Shown here in pieces: positions 42,608 to 52,422 of a DNA stretch of 64,000 nucleotides. The stretch lies in the NCBI GenBank assembly GCA_963796055.1, contig CAWCKH010000004.1, positions 1,824,001 to 1,888,000 on the forward strand. Direction: 5' to 3'. This DNA is from an uncultured delta proteobacterium. GTDB taxonomy: Bacteria; Myxococcota; Myxococcia; Myxococcales; Myxococcaceae. The translations under genes were made by a program, and so were the position numbers. Under the pieces are notes generated by a model. The model had not been told where the DNA came from, made no database searches, and saw nothing but the letters and a program-made list of their open reading frames with translations. Numbering within the stretch: position 1 is the stretch's first letter; each line of letters starts with the position of its first letter.

Positions 42608-43773
42608 TCAGACACCTCTGAAGGGGCGGAAGAACTCCCGGATGTCCTGTGCCAGAAGCTCCGGCTCCTCCCAGGCGGCGAAGTGGCCGCCACGCGGCAT
42701 CTCCGTCCACCGACGGACCTCGTACCCGCGCTCCACCCAGCGCCTGGGCGGTGACGGCGCCTCGAGCCGGAAAGCGGGCGAACCCCATCGGCACGCGGAT
42801 CCGCTCACCCGGCCCGAGCTGCAGGGGCGTGAGCTTCGACTCCCGGTAGAGGCGGAGCGATGACGCGGCGGTGTTCGTGACCCAGTACAGCGTCACGTTC
42901 GCCAGCAGCTCGTCGAGCGAGAACCGCGCCTCGACGTCCCCGTCGCAATCGGCCCAGGCGCGGACCTTCTCCAGGATCCACGCCGCCAGTCCCGCCGGAG
43001 AATCGGTCAGCGCGATGCCCAGCGTCCCCGGCCGCGTGGCCTGCACATGCCCGTACGCGCCCTCCTCCTCGGACCAGTCCGCCTTGTCGGAGAGGAACCC
43101 GCGCTCCTCGGCGCTCAGCGTGGCCTCGCCCTCCACCCAGGGCCGGAACGAGCCGGGGATGTAGTTGAGGTGCAGCCCGATCAGGCGCTCCGGCGCATTT
43201 CGCGCCATCCAGGTCGAGATGCCCGCGCCCCAGTCGCCGCCCTGTGCGCCGAATCGTGGATACCCGAGCTGCCCCATCATCTCGATCCACAGGTCGGCCA
43301 CCGCTGCGTTCGACATCCCGGGTGACCTCGGACGCTCCGAGAACCCGTACCCGGGGATCGACGGAACGACCACGTCGAACGCGTCCTGCGCGGACCCCCC
43401 GTGTGCGGCCGGGTCGGCCAGCAGCGGCACGAGCCGGAGCATCTCGAACACCGATCCCGGCCATCCATGGGTGATGACCAGCGGCAGCGGCCTCGGCCCG
43501 CGCCCCTTCATGTGGATGCAGTGGATCGCGCATCCCGTCGACCCGGACCATGAACTGCGGGAACGCGTTCAGCCGGGCCTCGTGGACCCGCCAGTCGAAC
43601 CGGCTCTCCCAGTGGGTCACCACGCGCCGCAGCCAGGCCTGATCGACGCCCTCGCTCCAGCCCACGCCGGCCACCGGCTCGGGCCAGCGCGTCCCGGCGA
43701 GGCGCTCGCGCAGGTCGGCGAGCACCACGTGCGGGACGTTTGCACGGAAGGGCTCCACCGACCCTTGTTCCAT
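42608..43773 (-). CDS. Epoxide hydrolase, two frameshifts (about 43530 and about 42770)
   Basis: HGWPGS, VVPSIPGYGFS, QGGDWG, DSPAGLAAW and GGHFAAWEEP over three ORFs. Confidence 0.9.
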
Positions 43774-43876
43774 ACGGCAAACCGTAGGGCCGAATGCGGG
43801 ACATCACCAGCCCAGTGTGGCTCCGGAGGATCTTCGTCCCTCGAGCGCGGACCCGACCAGCGGGTCCCGGGCGGAG

Positions 43877-45229
43877 TCAGTCGCACATCTCGTGTCCGCA
43901 CGGCGGCTTCGCGGTCGGATCGCAGAGCTGGGCACAGCATTGCCCGATGTCCGTGCAGTGCTGGTGCACGTCCTCGTTGTCGATGCTTGGGCATGCGCGC
44001 CCGCAGACGCCGCAGTTGTTGGGGTCGCTCAGCGGCTTGCAGACCCCGCCGCACGGATCGGGATCGAACCCGGGGTTGCACTTCACGCCGCACTGGTACT
44101 GCTCGGTTCCCGCGTTCAGCGTGCAGGTGGGCACGGCGTTGACGATGGAAACCGTGCAGGGGCCCCGGCCGCCGCAGTTGTTCACCGTCCCGTAGTCCTC
44201 CTCGCAGCCGTCTGCGTCCTGATCGGTCGTGAAGTCGCGACAGCCGTTGCTGCGGTTCTTGCAGTCGTGCCACCGGGGCAGATCGCACTGGTACCGGCAC
44301 TCCCCCCCGGCGCAGGCGGGCGGGGCGCCCGCGGTGTTGAAGCTCGCCGCCAGGGTGCCCGGGCACGTCTTCCCGCACGCCCCGCAGTGGTTCAGGTTGT
44401 CGTCGACGCGGGTCTCGCACCCGTCCGTGTCCGTTCCCTCGGAGGTCTCCGCCCCGCCGTTGCAGTTCAGCCAGGGAGCGGTGCAGGGGAAGGTGCAGCT
44501 GCTGCTCGCGCAGCCCACACCCGTGTTCGCCTTCGGCTGACAGGCCGTCTGGCACGCTCCGCAGTGCTGCGGCGTCTGCAACGAGACGCAGGCGAAGCTC
44601 TCCGGACGCCCGTCCGGCCCCGGGCAACATGCCGGAGTCGCCCCAGAGCAGGGCCCGTTCTCGCCCCCGCACGAGCAGGTCCCGACGCACCGGTTCGTCG
44701 ACGTCCGCGAGCAGGTCTCGTCACAGCCCGGACCGCAGTGGGTGGTGTCGGCCTCGTAGGGCGGGTGGCCCGGGGCGGCGATGCAGGTTCCGAGCCTTCC
44801 GTTCAGGCAGACCCGCGTCCCGGCGATGCACATCGTCGCGTCGGGTACGCCGCACGGGCTGGCCGCCCCCTCCGAGCACGACACACCCAGCCTGAAGGCC
44901 TGCTGCGCGCGCGAGGTGCCGTTCGTGACCTGCACGACGAAATCAGCCGATGGCGAGACCACGTCCAGCGGCCTCCCCTCGAGGAGACCCGTGCTCTCAC
45001 CGATGCTCAGCCAGGTGGCCAGCGACGGGGGTAGCTGCGGCAGACTCCAGGAGAGCGAACCGCTCCCGCCCTGCGCCTGGAGCACCACGTTCCGCTCGCG
45101 GTAGTCCCGTCCCACCACAGCGTCGGGCAACGTCGCCGTCTGGATGCTCAGGTCCTGACCCGGGCCGGGCTCGACCGTCCCGCACGCGGCGAGCAGCGCG
45201 ACCGCCATCCACCGTGCCCCCAGCTTCAT
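43877..45229 (-). CDS. Cys-rich lipoprotein with Ig-like domain and myxobacterial D/N-x-x-[HN]-CG-x-C repeats
   Basis: Lipobox LAAC, TATLPDAVVG Ig-like module, and repeats HCGACQ, HCGACG, NCGVCG. Confidence 0.8.
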   Translation of the reverse strand: MKLGARWMAVALLAACGTVEPGPGQDLSIQTATLPDAVVGRDYRERNVVLQAQGGSGSLSWSLPQLPPSLATWLSIGESTGLLEGRPLDVVSPSADFVVQVTNGTSRAQQAFRLGVSCSEGAASPCGVPDATMCIAGTRVCLNGRLGTCIAAPGHPPYEADTTHCGPGCDETCSRTSTNRCVGTCSCGGENGPCSGATPACCPGPDGRPESFACVSLQTPQHCGACQTACQPKANTGVGCASSSCTFPCTAPWLNCNGGAETSEGTDTDGCETRVDDNLNHCGACGKTCPGTLAASFNTAGAPPACAGGECRYQCDLPRWHDCKNRSNGCRDFTTDQDADGCEEDYGTVNNCGGRGPCTVSIVNAVPTCTLNAGTEQYQCGVKCNPGFDPDPCGGVCKPLSDPNNCGVCGRACPSIDNEDVHQHCTDIGQCCAQLCDPTAKPPCGHEMCD

Positions 45230-45243
45230 GGCGCGGCCCCCTC

Positions 45244-45259
45244 TGCATTCCCATTGCCA
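45244..45259 (-). promoter_or_regulatory. Sigma54-like -24/-12 motif
   Basis: The minus strand reads TGGCAATGGGAATGCA (GG-N10-GC). Confidence 0.4.
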
Positions 45260-45291
45260 AGCGTAGCCCTGCTCGAAAATGCTCTGAAAGC

Positions 45292-45307
45292 TGGAATGTC
45301 GCGTGCA
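45292..45307 (+). promoter_or_regulatory. Sigma54-like -24/-12 motif
   Basis: TGGAATGTCGCGTGCA (GG-N10-GC). Confidence 0.35.
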
Positions 45308-45382
45308 AGATCCCGGAGGCACCGGGCGCCGAGGACCCGGGAACTCCACGGGGTTCGTCCGTGCCGACGGACGGGGGGATGC

Positions 45383-47075
45383 ATGTCGAGACGGATCGCC
45401 GCAGGACTGCTGCTGCTCGCCGGCGCCGGGTGCACGTCCCTCGCCCCGGCGGCTGACTGCGCCAGCTCGGCGTGCCCCGATGGTCAGACCTGCGACCCGC
45501 AGACGCGGCTGTGCGTGGTGGATTCTGAGCCCGCAGATCACCGTGCTTTCACCCAAGGCGGACGCCGCGGTGAAGGATCCGGCCCTCGAGCTGCGGGGAA
45601 CAGTCTCCACCTGGTCCGATGCGACCCTGGTGGGGATGAGCTACCAGCTGGTCGATGCGGGGTCCGCGGGAGGCATTCCGGTCGACGGAGGCCTGTTCTC
45701 GCTCACCGTTCCCTTGCCGCCGCTCGACGGGGAGGACGTGCAGCTGGTCCTGCTCGCCCGTGACAGCCAGAACCGCGAGCGACGCGTCGCGGTGCCGCTC
45801 CGGGTGGACGACGTCCCGCCCCACCCCCGTTTCCTCCCGGCCGACGGCGAGCGCGGGGTCGATGTGCAGCTCACCGTGGATTTCGGCGAGCCGGTCAGCG
45901 GCGCCGGAGTCCCCGTGGTGCTCGTTCCCGGCGGCCCGACGGGGACCTACGACTCGACGCACCAGCGCTACGTCGTCGGCGGCCTCGGTCACGACACCGG
46001 CTACCGCGTCGACGTGGATGCCGGCGTGGTGCTCGATACGCTCGGAAACCCGAACCAGCCGGCCACCGCACGCTTCTGGACGGCCGCGCACCCTGCACAG
46101 ACCGGGACCATCGGCGGGCTGGAATCGGTCGTCTCGTTCGACCTCGCATCGGACGAGGACGGCGTGGTGACGCTCGCCATCGAGACCGCCAGCAAGGTGG
46201 TCTGGGGGTGGTTCAACCCCGCCGACGGACAGTTCGCGCAGCTCACCCTGCTCGATGTCGCCGCTCCGCCCCTCGCTGCTCTTCGCACGAGCACCGCGTT
46301 CCAGGCGGATGGCGGGGACCCGCTACGCATCGCCTCGGTCCTCCAGCGCGATGCGACGGACCGGATCGACGTGCGGACCGGGACCCTGTTCGCGACTCCC
46401 TCCGCGGCTTACGCGATTCCAGCCGGGCCTTCGTGCGCCGAGCCTGCGGCGGCACTCGGCACCGTGGGTCTGGTCAGCTCGACCGGGACGTACACCCGCG
46501 GGCCGTACTCGCTGGGCATCGGCTTCGTCCCCGACCGGCTCGCCGTCCGGTCCGAGCAGTTCTGGGAAGTGGTGGCGACGGACGCCCAGCACCGGTTGCT
46601 CCGGGCGTGGTTCCGCGCCAGCTGCGGCGTGGCCCCGATGGCGGAGATCCACGTCGAGTCGCCGGTGCGGACGGATCTCGCGGACGACCCGAAGTTCTCG
46701 CTGGCGTTGCCCCGTGCCGACCGGAGCCTCCTCGCCTTCGACACCCGGACCGGGACGCGGGTCGAGTCGTGTCGCAGCTGCGAGTCCGTCGCCGACGCGG
46801 GCGTCTGCCCTGCCCCGGTGGATCGGTCGGCGACCGGGGAGCTCACCGTCGCCTCCCGGCACGACGGCGGCCGGGTGCTCGGGGCCAGGAGGAATGCGAG
46901 CAACCTCGTCGAGCTCCTCGAGCGCGATCTCTCCAGCGCCTGTGACTCGCCCTGGGCGGTGCTCGCCACGGCGCCGGACAGTGCCTCCGCGGTGGCCTGG
47001 CAGCCCGCCATGTTCGGGCGCAAGCCGGGACTGGTCTACAGCACGGCGACGGACGTCCGGGTCTACGTTCCTTGA
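45383..47075 (+). CDS. Lipoprotein with N-terminal Cys knot and Ig-like domains, frameshift about 45530
   Basis: Lipobox GAGC, CASSACPDGQTCDPQTRLC, then PQITVLSP...VDFGEPV...DTLGN (Big-like). Confidence 0.75.
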
Positions 47076-47083
47076 GACACCTC
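47074..47083. repeat. Possible half-copy of the REP-like palindrome between convergent stop codons
   Basis: GAGACACCTC matches the right arm and the tandem unit. Confidence 0.4.
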
Positions 47084-48536
47084 AGAACCGCCCGGCGAGC
47101 GCGACGGAGGTGGGCCCGGCGATCACGGCGGTGTTCGAAGCCTTGCCGTCGGTGAGCCAGAGCCAGAGCCCGGTCCCGATCGCGGCCGCGCCGACGGCGT
47201 ACCCCACGTAGGCCAGGGTCTGCTGCGTCTGCGCGTCGCTCCGGTATCCATCGACCGTCGCCACCTGCGAAGGGAGGGGCGCGCTCCCACCCGCATAGGC
47301 CTGGTTGAACTTGGAGGCGGAGTCGTTCGCCTTCAGCTGGAAGATGATCCCCAGGCCCAGCGAGACGGCCCCGGTCGCAGTCAGCGCGATGCCGGTCGGC
47401 GTGCGCCAGGTCCTCGGAGCGGTGGTCTGCACCTGGGTGACGGCCGCAGGAGGCGGGAGCGCGAGGATCGAGGCCTGGCCGGTGGAGGGATTCACCGCCA
47501 CGACGCGCTCGCCAGCCTCGCCGGTGACGACGAAGCGCGCCAGCTCGCCCAGGTCGTCCCCGCCGCTGCGCGCGCTCCCCAGCTGGATGCCGCCCTCCCG
47601 GGTCCGCTGGGCAGTCTGGGCATTGAGCACCGCGGCAGAGAGCCAGCTCGGTCCCGCCGTGGGCCGGTCGAGGCGGAGGACGACCAGCTGGTCCACCTCC
47701 AGCAGCAACGCCAGCTTCAGCGCATTCCCCAGCGGTGTCTCGCGGCCGTCGCGCGGCTGCTGCAGGCACGGGGCGCGCGAGGGCGGAATGGTCTGCTCGA
47801 ACGCCAGGTCGACCCGGAGGCTGGTGTCTTCCCGCAGCGACATCACGTGGGGGAAGGAGAACGCGTCCGGCCGGCCGACCAGGATCTGGTAGGTGCCCGG
47901 GACGAGCTCGAGCGTCGCCGGGGTGTGGCCGAGCGCAAACCCGTCGACGTACACCGCGGCGCCGGGTGGCTGCGACTGCACCGAGAGGCGGAGCTTGCGG
48001 GCGCGGGCCAGCTCGGCGCGCAGCTTGTTGAAGCGCTGGCGAAAGGTGGGCGAGAACGCGTCGGGGCTCATGACGTGGCGTGGGTCCACGCGGAGCACCG
48101 CCCGGAAGGCGTCGTCGGAGGCGTCGCGCCGGCGCTGGGCGCTCAGTGTCATGCCCCGGATGAGCTGGGCATCCCCGAACGTCTTGGCGCGCTCGGGGCC
48201 GGGCGGAAGACGCTCGAGCTCGGCCAGCGTCTGCTCGAGGAGCGAGAGCGAGTCGGGCACGCGGTCGTTGTAGAAGAGGTTCTCGGCGGTCGAGACCTGC
48301 CGGCGGACCTCGTCCAGGGTGTGGGTGGGCGGTGGGCCGACGCGGGCCTGGAACTGCTGCTCGGTCAGGAGCTGCGGTCCGACCCGGTCCGACAGCCGTT
48401 CCTCGAACTGGTGGGCGTACCGGAGAAGGTCGGGGTCGCGGCAGTCACCGAGCGCGACGAGCGCCATCCGTGGGGCCGCCACCGCAGCGGAGGACGCGAG
48501 CACCACACCGAGCAGCCACCCGCGAATCGAGACCAC
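47082..48536 (-). CDS. PEGA domain protein with TPR-like helices and C-terminal hydrophobic hairpin
   Basis: Signal peptide, VQSQPPGAAVYVDG..LGHTP (PEGA), two hydrophobic segments, ending in LAGRF. Confidence 0.85.
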   Translation of the reverse strand: MVSIRGWLLGVVLASSAAVAAPRMALVALGDCRDPDLLRYAHQFEERLSDRVGPQLLTEQQFQARVGPPPTHTLDEVRRQVSTAENLFYNDRVPDSLSLLEQTLAELERLPPGPERAKTFGDAQLIRGMTLSAQRRRDASDDAFRAVLRVDPRHVMSPDAFSPTFRQRFNKLRAELARARKLRLSVQSQPPGAAVYVDGFALGHTPATLELVPGTYQILVGRPDAFSFPHVMSLREDTSLRVDLAFEQTIPPSRAPCLQQPRDGRETPLGNALKLALLLEVDQLVVLRLDRPTAGPSWLSAAVLNAQTAQRTREGGIQLGSARSGGDDLGELARFVVTGEAGERVVAVNPSTGQASILALPPPAAVTQVQTTAPRTWRTPTGIALTATGAVSLGLGIIFQLKANDSASKFNQAYAGGSAPLPSQVATVDGYRSDAQTQQTLAYVGYAVGAAAIGTGLWLWLTDGKASNTAVIAGPTSVALAGRF

Positions 48537-48571
48537 GTCCACCCCCCTCAGCCCGTGACACCTGCACGACC

Positions 48572-48587
48572 TGGCATGCAGCTCGCA
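48572..48587 (+). promoter_or_regulatory. Sigma54-like -24/-12 motif
   Basis: TGGCATGCAGCTCGCA. Confidence 0.4.
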
Positions 48588-48595
48588 AAGCGCCA

Positions 48596-48611
48596 AGCAA
48601 CGAAAATGCCG
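48596..48611 (-). promoter_or_regulatory. Sigma54-like -24/-12 motif
   Basis: The minus strand reads CGGCATTTTCGTTGCT. Confidence 0.4.
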
Positions 48612-48664
48612 GCCCAGCGCGGGCGATGCTATGACCTTTCTCGGCGGATCCGAAGGAGGGGGGC

Positions 48665-49621
48665 GTGAACGGCTTGCGGCGGACAGCGCTATGCGGGTCG
48701 GTGCTGCTGGCCCTGAGCTCCCTGGCTGCTCCGCCGGGCGGGTCTGTTCCGGTGTTGGTTCCGCACCCGCTGGTCGTCGTGGGTGGGAGCGAGGATGACG
48801 CGGCGCGCTTCGGGCCCCAGCTCGACGCCGCGCTCTCCCAGAGGGACGTGCGGGTGGTGGGTCAGCAATGCGCGAGGCAGTTCGTTTCGGCGCGCTCGGG
48901 TGGCAGCTGTGCCGGCGACGAGCGGTGTCTGGCCGAGCTCGCCCGGTCCTGTGGTGGCCAGCGTGCTCTGTACGTGACCGTGTACCCGTTCCGTCCACGG
49001 ATGGTCTTCGTTGGGAAGCTGGTGCGGGCCGACGGGCTTCTCGAGCGGAGCGTCTCGAACCTGGAGGTCACCCGTCCGAAGGGCCGTCTCCGTCCGGAGA
49101 TGATCCGTCCAGGAATCGAGAAGGTGCTGACCGAGGGACTCCACGTGGAGACGCTGGATCTCCAGCCTCTGGTGGCGGCTCCGGCTGCCGGCGCGGTCGA
49201 GACCACGCCGGTGCCCTCCGCGTCCGAGGGGCGGGTCGAGGTGCCGCCCGCCGCGGTGGCTCCGGCGGCGTCGCATGGTCCGTCCGGGCAGCGAATTGCC
49301 GCGTACGCCTGTGTAGGTACCGGGGCGGTGGCCCTCGCGGTGGGGACGGCACTCTTCTTCGGTGCGAAGAGCGACGAGGATGCGTACCGCAAGATGCTGG
49401 ACCCTGACGGGCAGAGGCCGCCGACCCCGGAGGCTGCGGCGGCGCAGGACTCGCTCCGCGGAAAGTCCACGTCGGTGACGATCGCGCTCGTGGTGGGAGC
49501 GGCGCTGGTGGCGACCGGCGTGACGCTGTGGGTTCTGGATGGCAGCAACTCTGAGGGCGCACACGTGGAGCTCCGGCCGGGATTGGGAGGGGGCTCGCTG
49601 GTGATGGCCGGACGGTTCTGA
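48665..49621 (+). CDS. Hypothetical exported protein with PEGA-protein-like C-terminal hairpin
   Basis: Signal peptide, CAGDERCL motif, Pro/Ala linker, two hydrophobic segments, ending in MAGRF. Strong RBS. Confidence 0.78.
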   Translation: MNGLRRTALCGSVLLALSSLAAPPGGSVPVLVPHPLVVVGGSEDDAARFGPQLDAALSQRDVRVVGQQCARQFVSARSGGSCAGDERCLAELARSCGGQRALYVTVYPFRPRMVFVGKLVRADGLLERSVSNLEVTRPKGRLRPEMIRPGIEKVLTEGLHVETLDLQPLVAAPAAGAVETTPVPSASEGRVEVPPAAVAPAASHGPSGQRIAAYACVGTGAVALAVGTALFFGAKSDEDAYRKMLDPDGQRPPTPEAAAAQDSLRGKSTSVTIALVVGAALVATGVTLWVLDGSNSEGAHVELRPGLGGGSLVMAGRF

Positions 49622-49630
49622 GGAGGAACG

Positions 49631-51464
49631 ATGCGGACTGCAATCTCGACGTCAGGGGTGCTGGCCGCGGTGCTGCTGGTGGGAGCCTGCTTCGATCCCA
49701 CGCGTCCGTGCAGCACGGATGCAGACTGCGTGAACGGGTCGTGCGATCCGGGCACGAAGACCTGCGTGTCGGGTGGAAACCCGAACGACAAGACTCCGCC
49801 CGTGTTCTCGCTCGTGGTGGCGCCTCCGCCCGTGCGGCAGGCCACGGCGACCCTCACGGAGTACGACCCGGGCTCCCCCGACGGCGGTGCGGACGCCTTC
49901 CGTCGCGACGAGAGTCTGTCGGTCACCGTGACGTCCACGGACCACGACGTGGATGCCGGGTCGGTGAAGGTGACCGTGTACGGCGTCTCCGGGAACCTGG
50001 GGACCGGGTTGAACGTGCCGCTCGCCCCGTGCACACCCGGGAGCCCGGAGGCGTCGAATCCATTCTGCAGACTGGGGACGGTGTCCCTCGCACCGCTGCC
50101 GTTCGAGGCGTTCCGGGCGGTGGTCCCGCTGGAGGTCTCGGGGTCGGACCTCAGCAACAACCTCGGGAAGGCCGATGCCGGGGTGAACGTGACGCGGTGG
50201 AAGTGGAGGTACTCGGCGGGCGCGCCGATCTACACGACGCCGGCGATTGCGGACGATGGGACGGTGGTGTTCGGGACGAGTGACGGTGGGAGCGGGAGCC
50301 TGTACGCGCTGACTCCGAGTGGAGCGGAGAAGTGGAAGCCTGTCCAGCTCGGGCCGATAAGGCGAGCCCCAGTGATCGGGGCTCGCGGATGGCGGACCAG
50401 CCAAATTGTTTACGTCGCAACGGCGTCTGCACGACCGGGAACTCTATATGCATGCGACATCCGCGACATGATGGCGCGGACGCGGCATGTCTCAGCAGCG
50501 GCTGGTACTATGGCGCGCCATTCTTGGCCGGCCCCGCGCTTGTCAATCGATTTCCGCAATGGACTCGAAGGAGTCTCGCAGTTGCGAACGGCATGAAGCT
50601 GGCTATACATGCTGCGACCCGGTGCGCAGTTTGCCGGACGCAGCCTGCATCGTAGCCGTCGACACCGTGGCGACGCAGGGTACCTCATTGCGAACCTCGA
50701 TTGCCGGAGACGCGTACGGAGTCTATGTCGCCGGCGCAGACGGAACACGACTTCGCCATTCACGTTCGATGAGACGTCACGGAACTGGCTGAAGAACACC
50801 GAGCTGGCGCGGCGGAACAACGGTGGATCGGCCTCGTGGAGTAATCGGACCTCTTGCCAGTGCCTTGCGTTCATGACGCTGCTGGTCGACCGCTCGACCA
50901 GATGGGTCTTTCGAGTTGCAACGAGGCACCGGCAGGCGTCACCAAGTTAGGACCCGGATGGAGGCTTCAGGTCGATCCGGGCAGGACTGGTCATCGCTTC
51001 GCTCGCAGATCATCTTTCACCGCACGGACCTTGGTTCGCCCACTTTGTGGAGCTCATCGAATCGCCGCGGACATTTTCTCGCAGAGGAACTGGTTCGACC
51101 ATTCCGGAGGCCGCAACGAAGCGTATTCGGTGGTCGGGACGGCGGGTTCCTCTACTTCGCGACCAATGTCGGGACGCTGCAAGCTCGCGCAGGATCTTCG
51201 AGACAGTGCTTGGTCTGCATCTCTAACTTCAGAGGGCGATTAATGTCTTCGCTGGCGCTCGCCGACATGATCGCGAGAGGCAGGCAGCATGCTGGGCACG
51301 TGCTCTCGGGTGTTCTCGTATCTGGGTTCCACGAACGCGGGCAACCTCTTCGCTGTCGATCGTCGACAGCCCAGGTCTCGACCCCACCGCCCCGTGGCCC
51401 AAGTACCAGCACGACGTGCGCAACACCGGGAAACCCCACGACACCGATCCAGTCGTGCCCCTGA
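49631..51464 (+). pseudogene. Lipoprotein with Cys knot, Ig-like region and PQQ-like beta-propeller; many frameshifts from about 50360 to 51430
   Basis: Lipobox VGAC, CSTDADCVNGSCDPGTKTC, RWKWRY...TPAIADDG. C-terminal PWPKYQHDVRNTG...PIQSCP is recognisable across frames. Confidence 0.7.
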
Positions 51465-51521
51465 AGCGCCGATCACGGCGATTCGCTTGAACGGCTCGGC
51501 CAGCGGCACTAGCAGCCGGGC

Positions 51522-52421
51522 GTGAGCTTTCACGACGGCGAGCTCCTGGTGCAGCAGCGCGCGGGAGTTCTCGCGGAGGCGAAGCGTGTCGGGCAGATGC
51601 TTCGGCCGGCGATCAGCCCCTCGGTGCGTGCCTTCTTCTCGGAGCGCCGGTTCGTCGTCCTCTCCGCGGCGACCGCCAGCGGCCGCGTCTGGGTGAGCGT
51701 GCTCGCGGGTGCGGCCGGGTTCCTCCAGGTCTCCGAAGACGGGACGCGACTGGACGTCGCGGTCGGTGCCCGGATCGACGACCCCATCGCCCCGGCGATC
51801 TACCCCGGAAACTCGATTGGACTCCTCGGGATCGACTTCGCCGCGCGTCGGCGAAACCGGGTGAACGGAACAGTACGCTCCGACGGCGTCGGCATCTCGA
51901 TCGAGATCCGCGAGGCTTTCGGGAACTGCCCCAAGTACATCCACGCCTACACGCCGCTTCCGGACGGTCCCACGGCGCAGGTCGCCTCGCAGTCCGGAAC
52001 CCGGCTGGACGCGCAGCAGCGGCGCTGGATCGAGCGTGCCGAGACGTTCTTCCTGGGCACCGTGCATCCCGAGGCCGGCGCGGACGCCTCGCACCGCGGA
52101 GGCGCTCCGGGCTTCGTCCGCGTGACCGGCCCGCGCGAGCTCCTCTGGGGCGACTACTCCGGGAACAGGCTCTTCCAGTCGCTGGGCAACGTCGCCGTGC
52201 ATCCGCCCGCGGGGCTGCTCTTCCTCGACCCGAAGACCGGTTCCACCCTGCAGCTCTCGGGCAAGCTGCAGATCGACTGGTCTCCGGAAGCCGCCGCGGC
52301 GATTCCTGGAGCGGAGCGCGTGCTGCGCTTCACCATCGAGCAGATCGTCGAGCGCCCCAGCGCGATTCCCCTCCGCTGGGCGCCCGGCGAGTCCTCGCCG
52401 TTCAATCCGCCGGCGCGCTGA
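51522..52421 (+). CDS. Pyridoxamine 5'-phosphate oxidase family FMN-binding protein (tandem domains)
   Basis: FHDGELLVQ, RRRNRVNG, GNCPKYI, DASHRGG and DYSGN. Confidence 0.9.
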   Translation: MSFHDGELLVQQRAGVLAEAKRVGQMLRPAISPSVRAFFSERRFVVLSAATASGRVWVSVLAGAAGFLQVSEDGTRLDVAVGARIDDPIAPAIYPGNSIGLLGIDFAARRRNRVNGTVRSDGVGISIEIREAFGNCPKYIHAYTPLPDGPTAQVASQSGTRLDAQQRRWIERAETFFLGTVHPEAGADASHRGGAPGFVRVTGPRELLWGDYSGNRLFQSLGNVAVHPPAGLLFLDPKTGSTLQLSGKLQIDWSPEAAAAIPGAERVLRFTIEQIVERPSAIPLRWAPGESSPFNPPAR

Positions 52422-52422
52422 G

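Noticed and set aside
50360..51430. Variable segment considered as a diversity-generating retroelement target
   Set aside because: No template repeat or reverse transcriptase is present, and the damage is indels rather than adenine substitutions.
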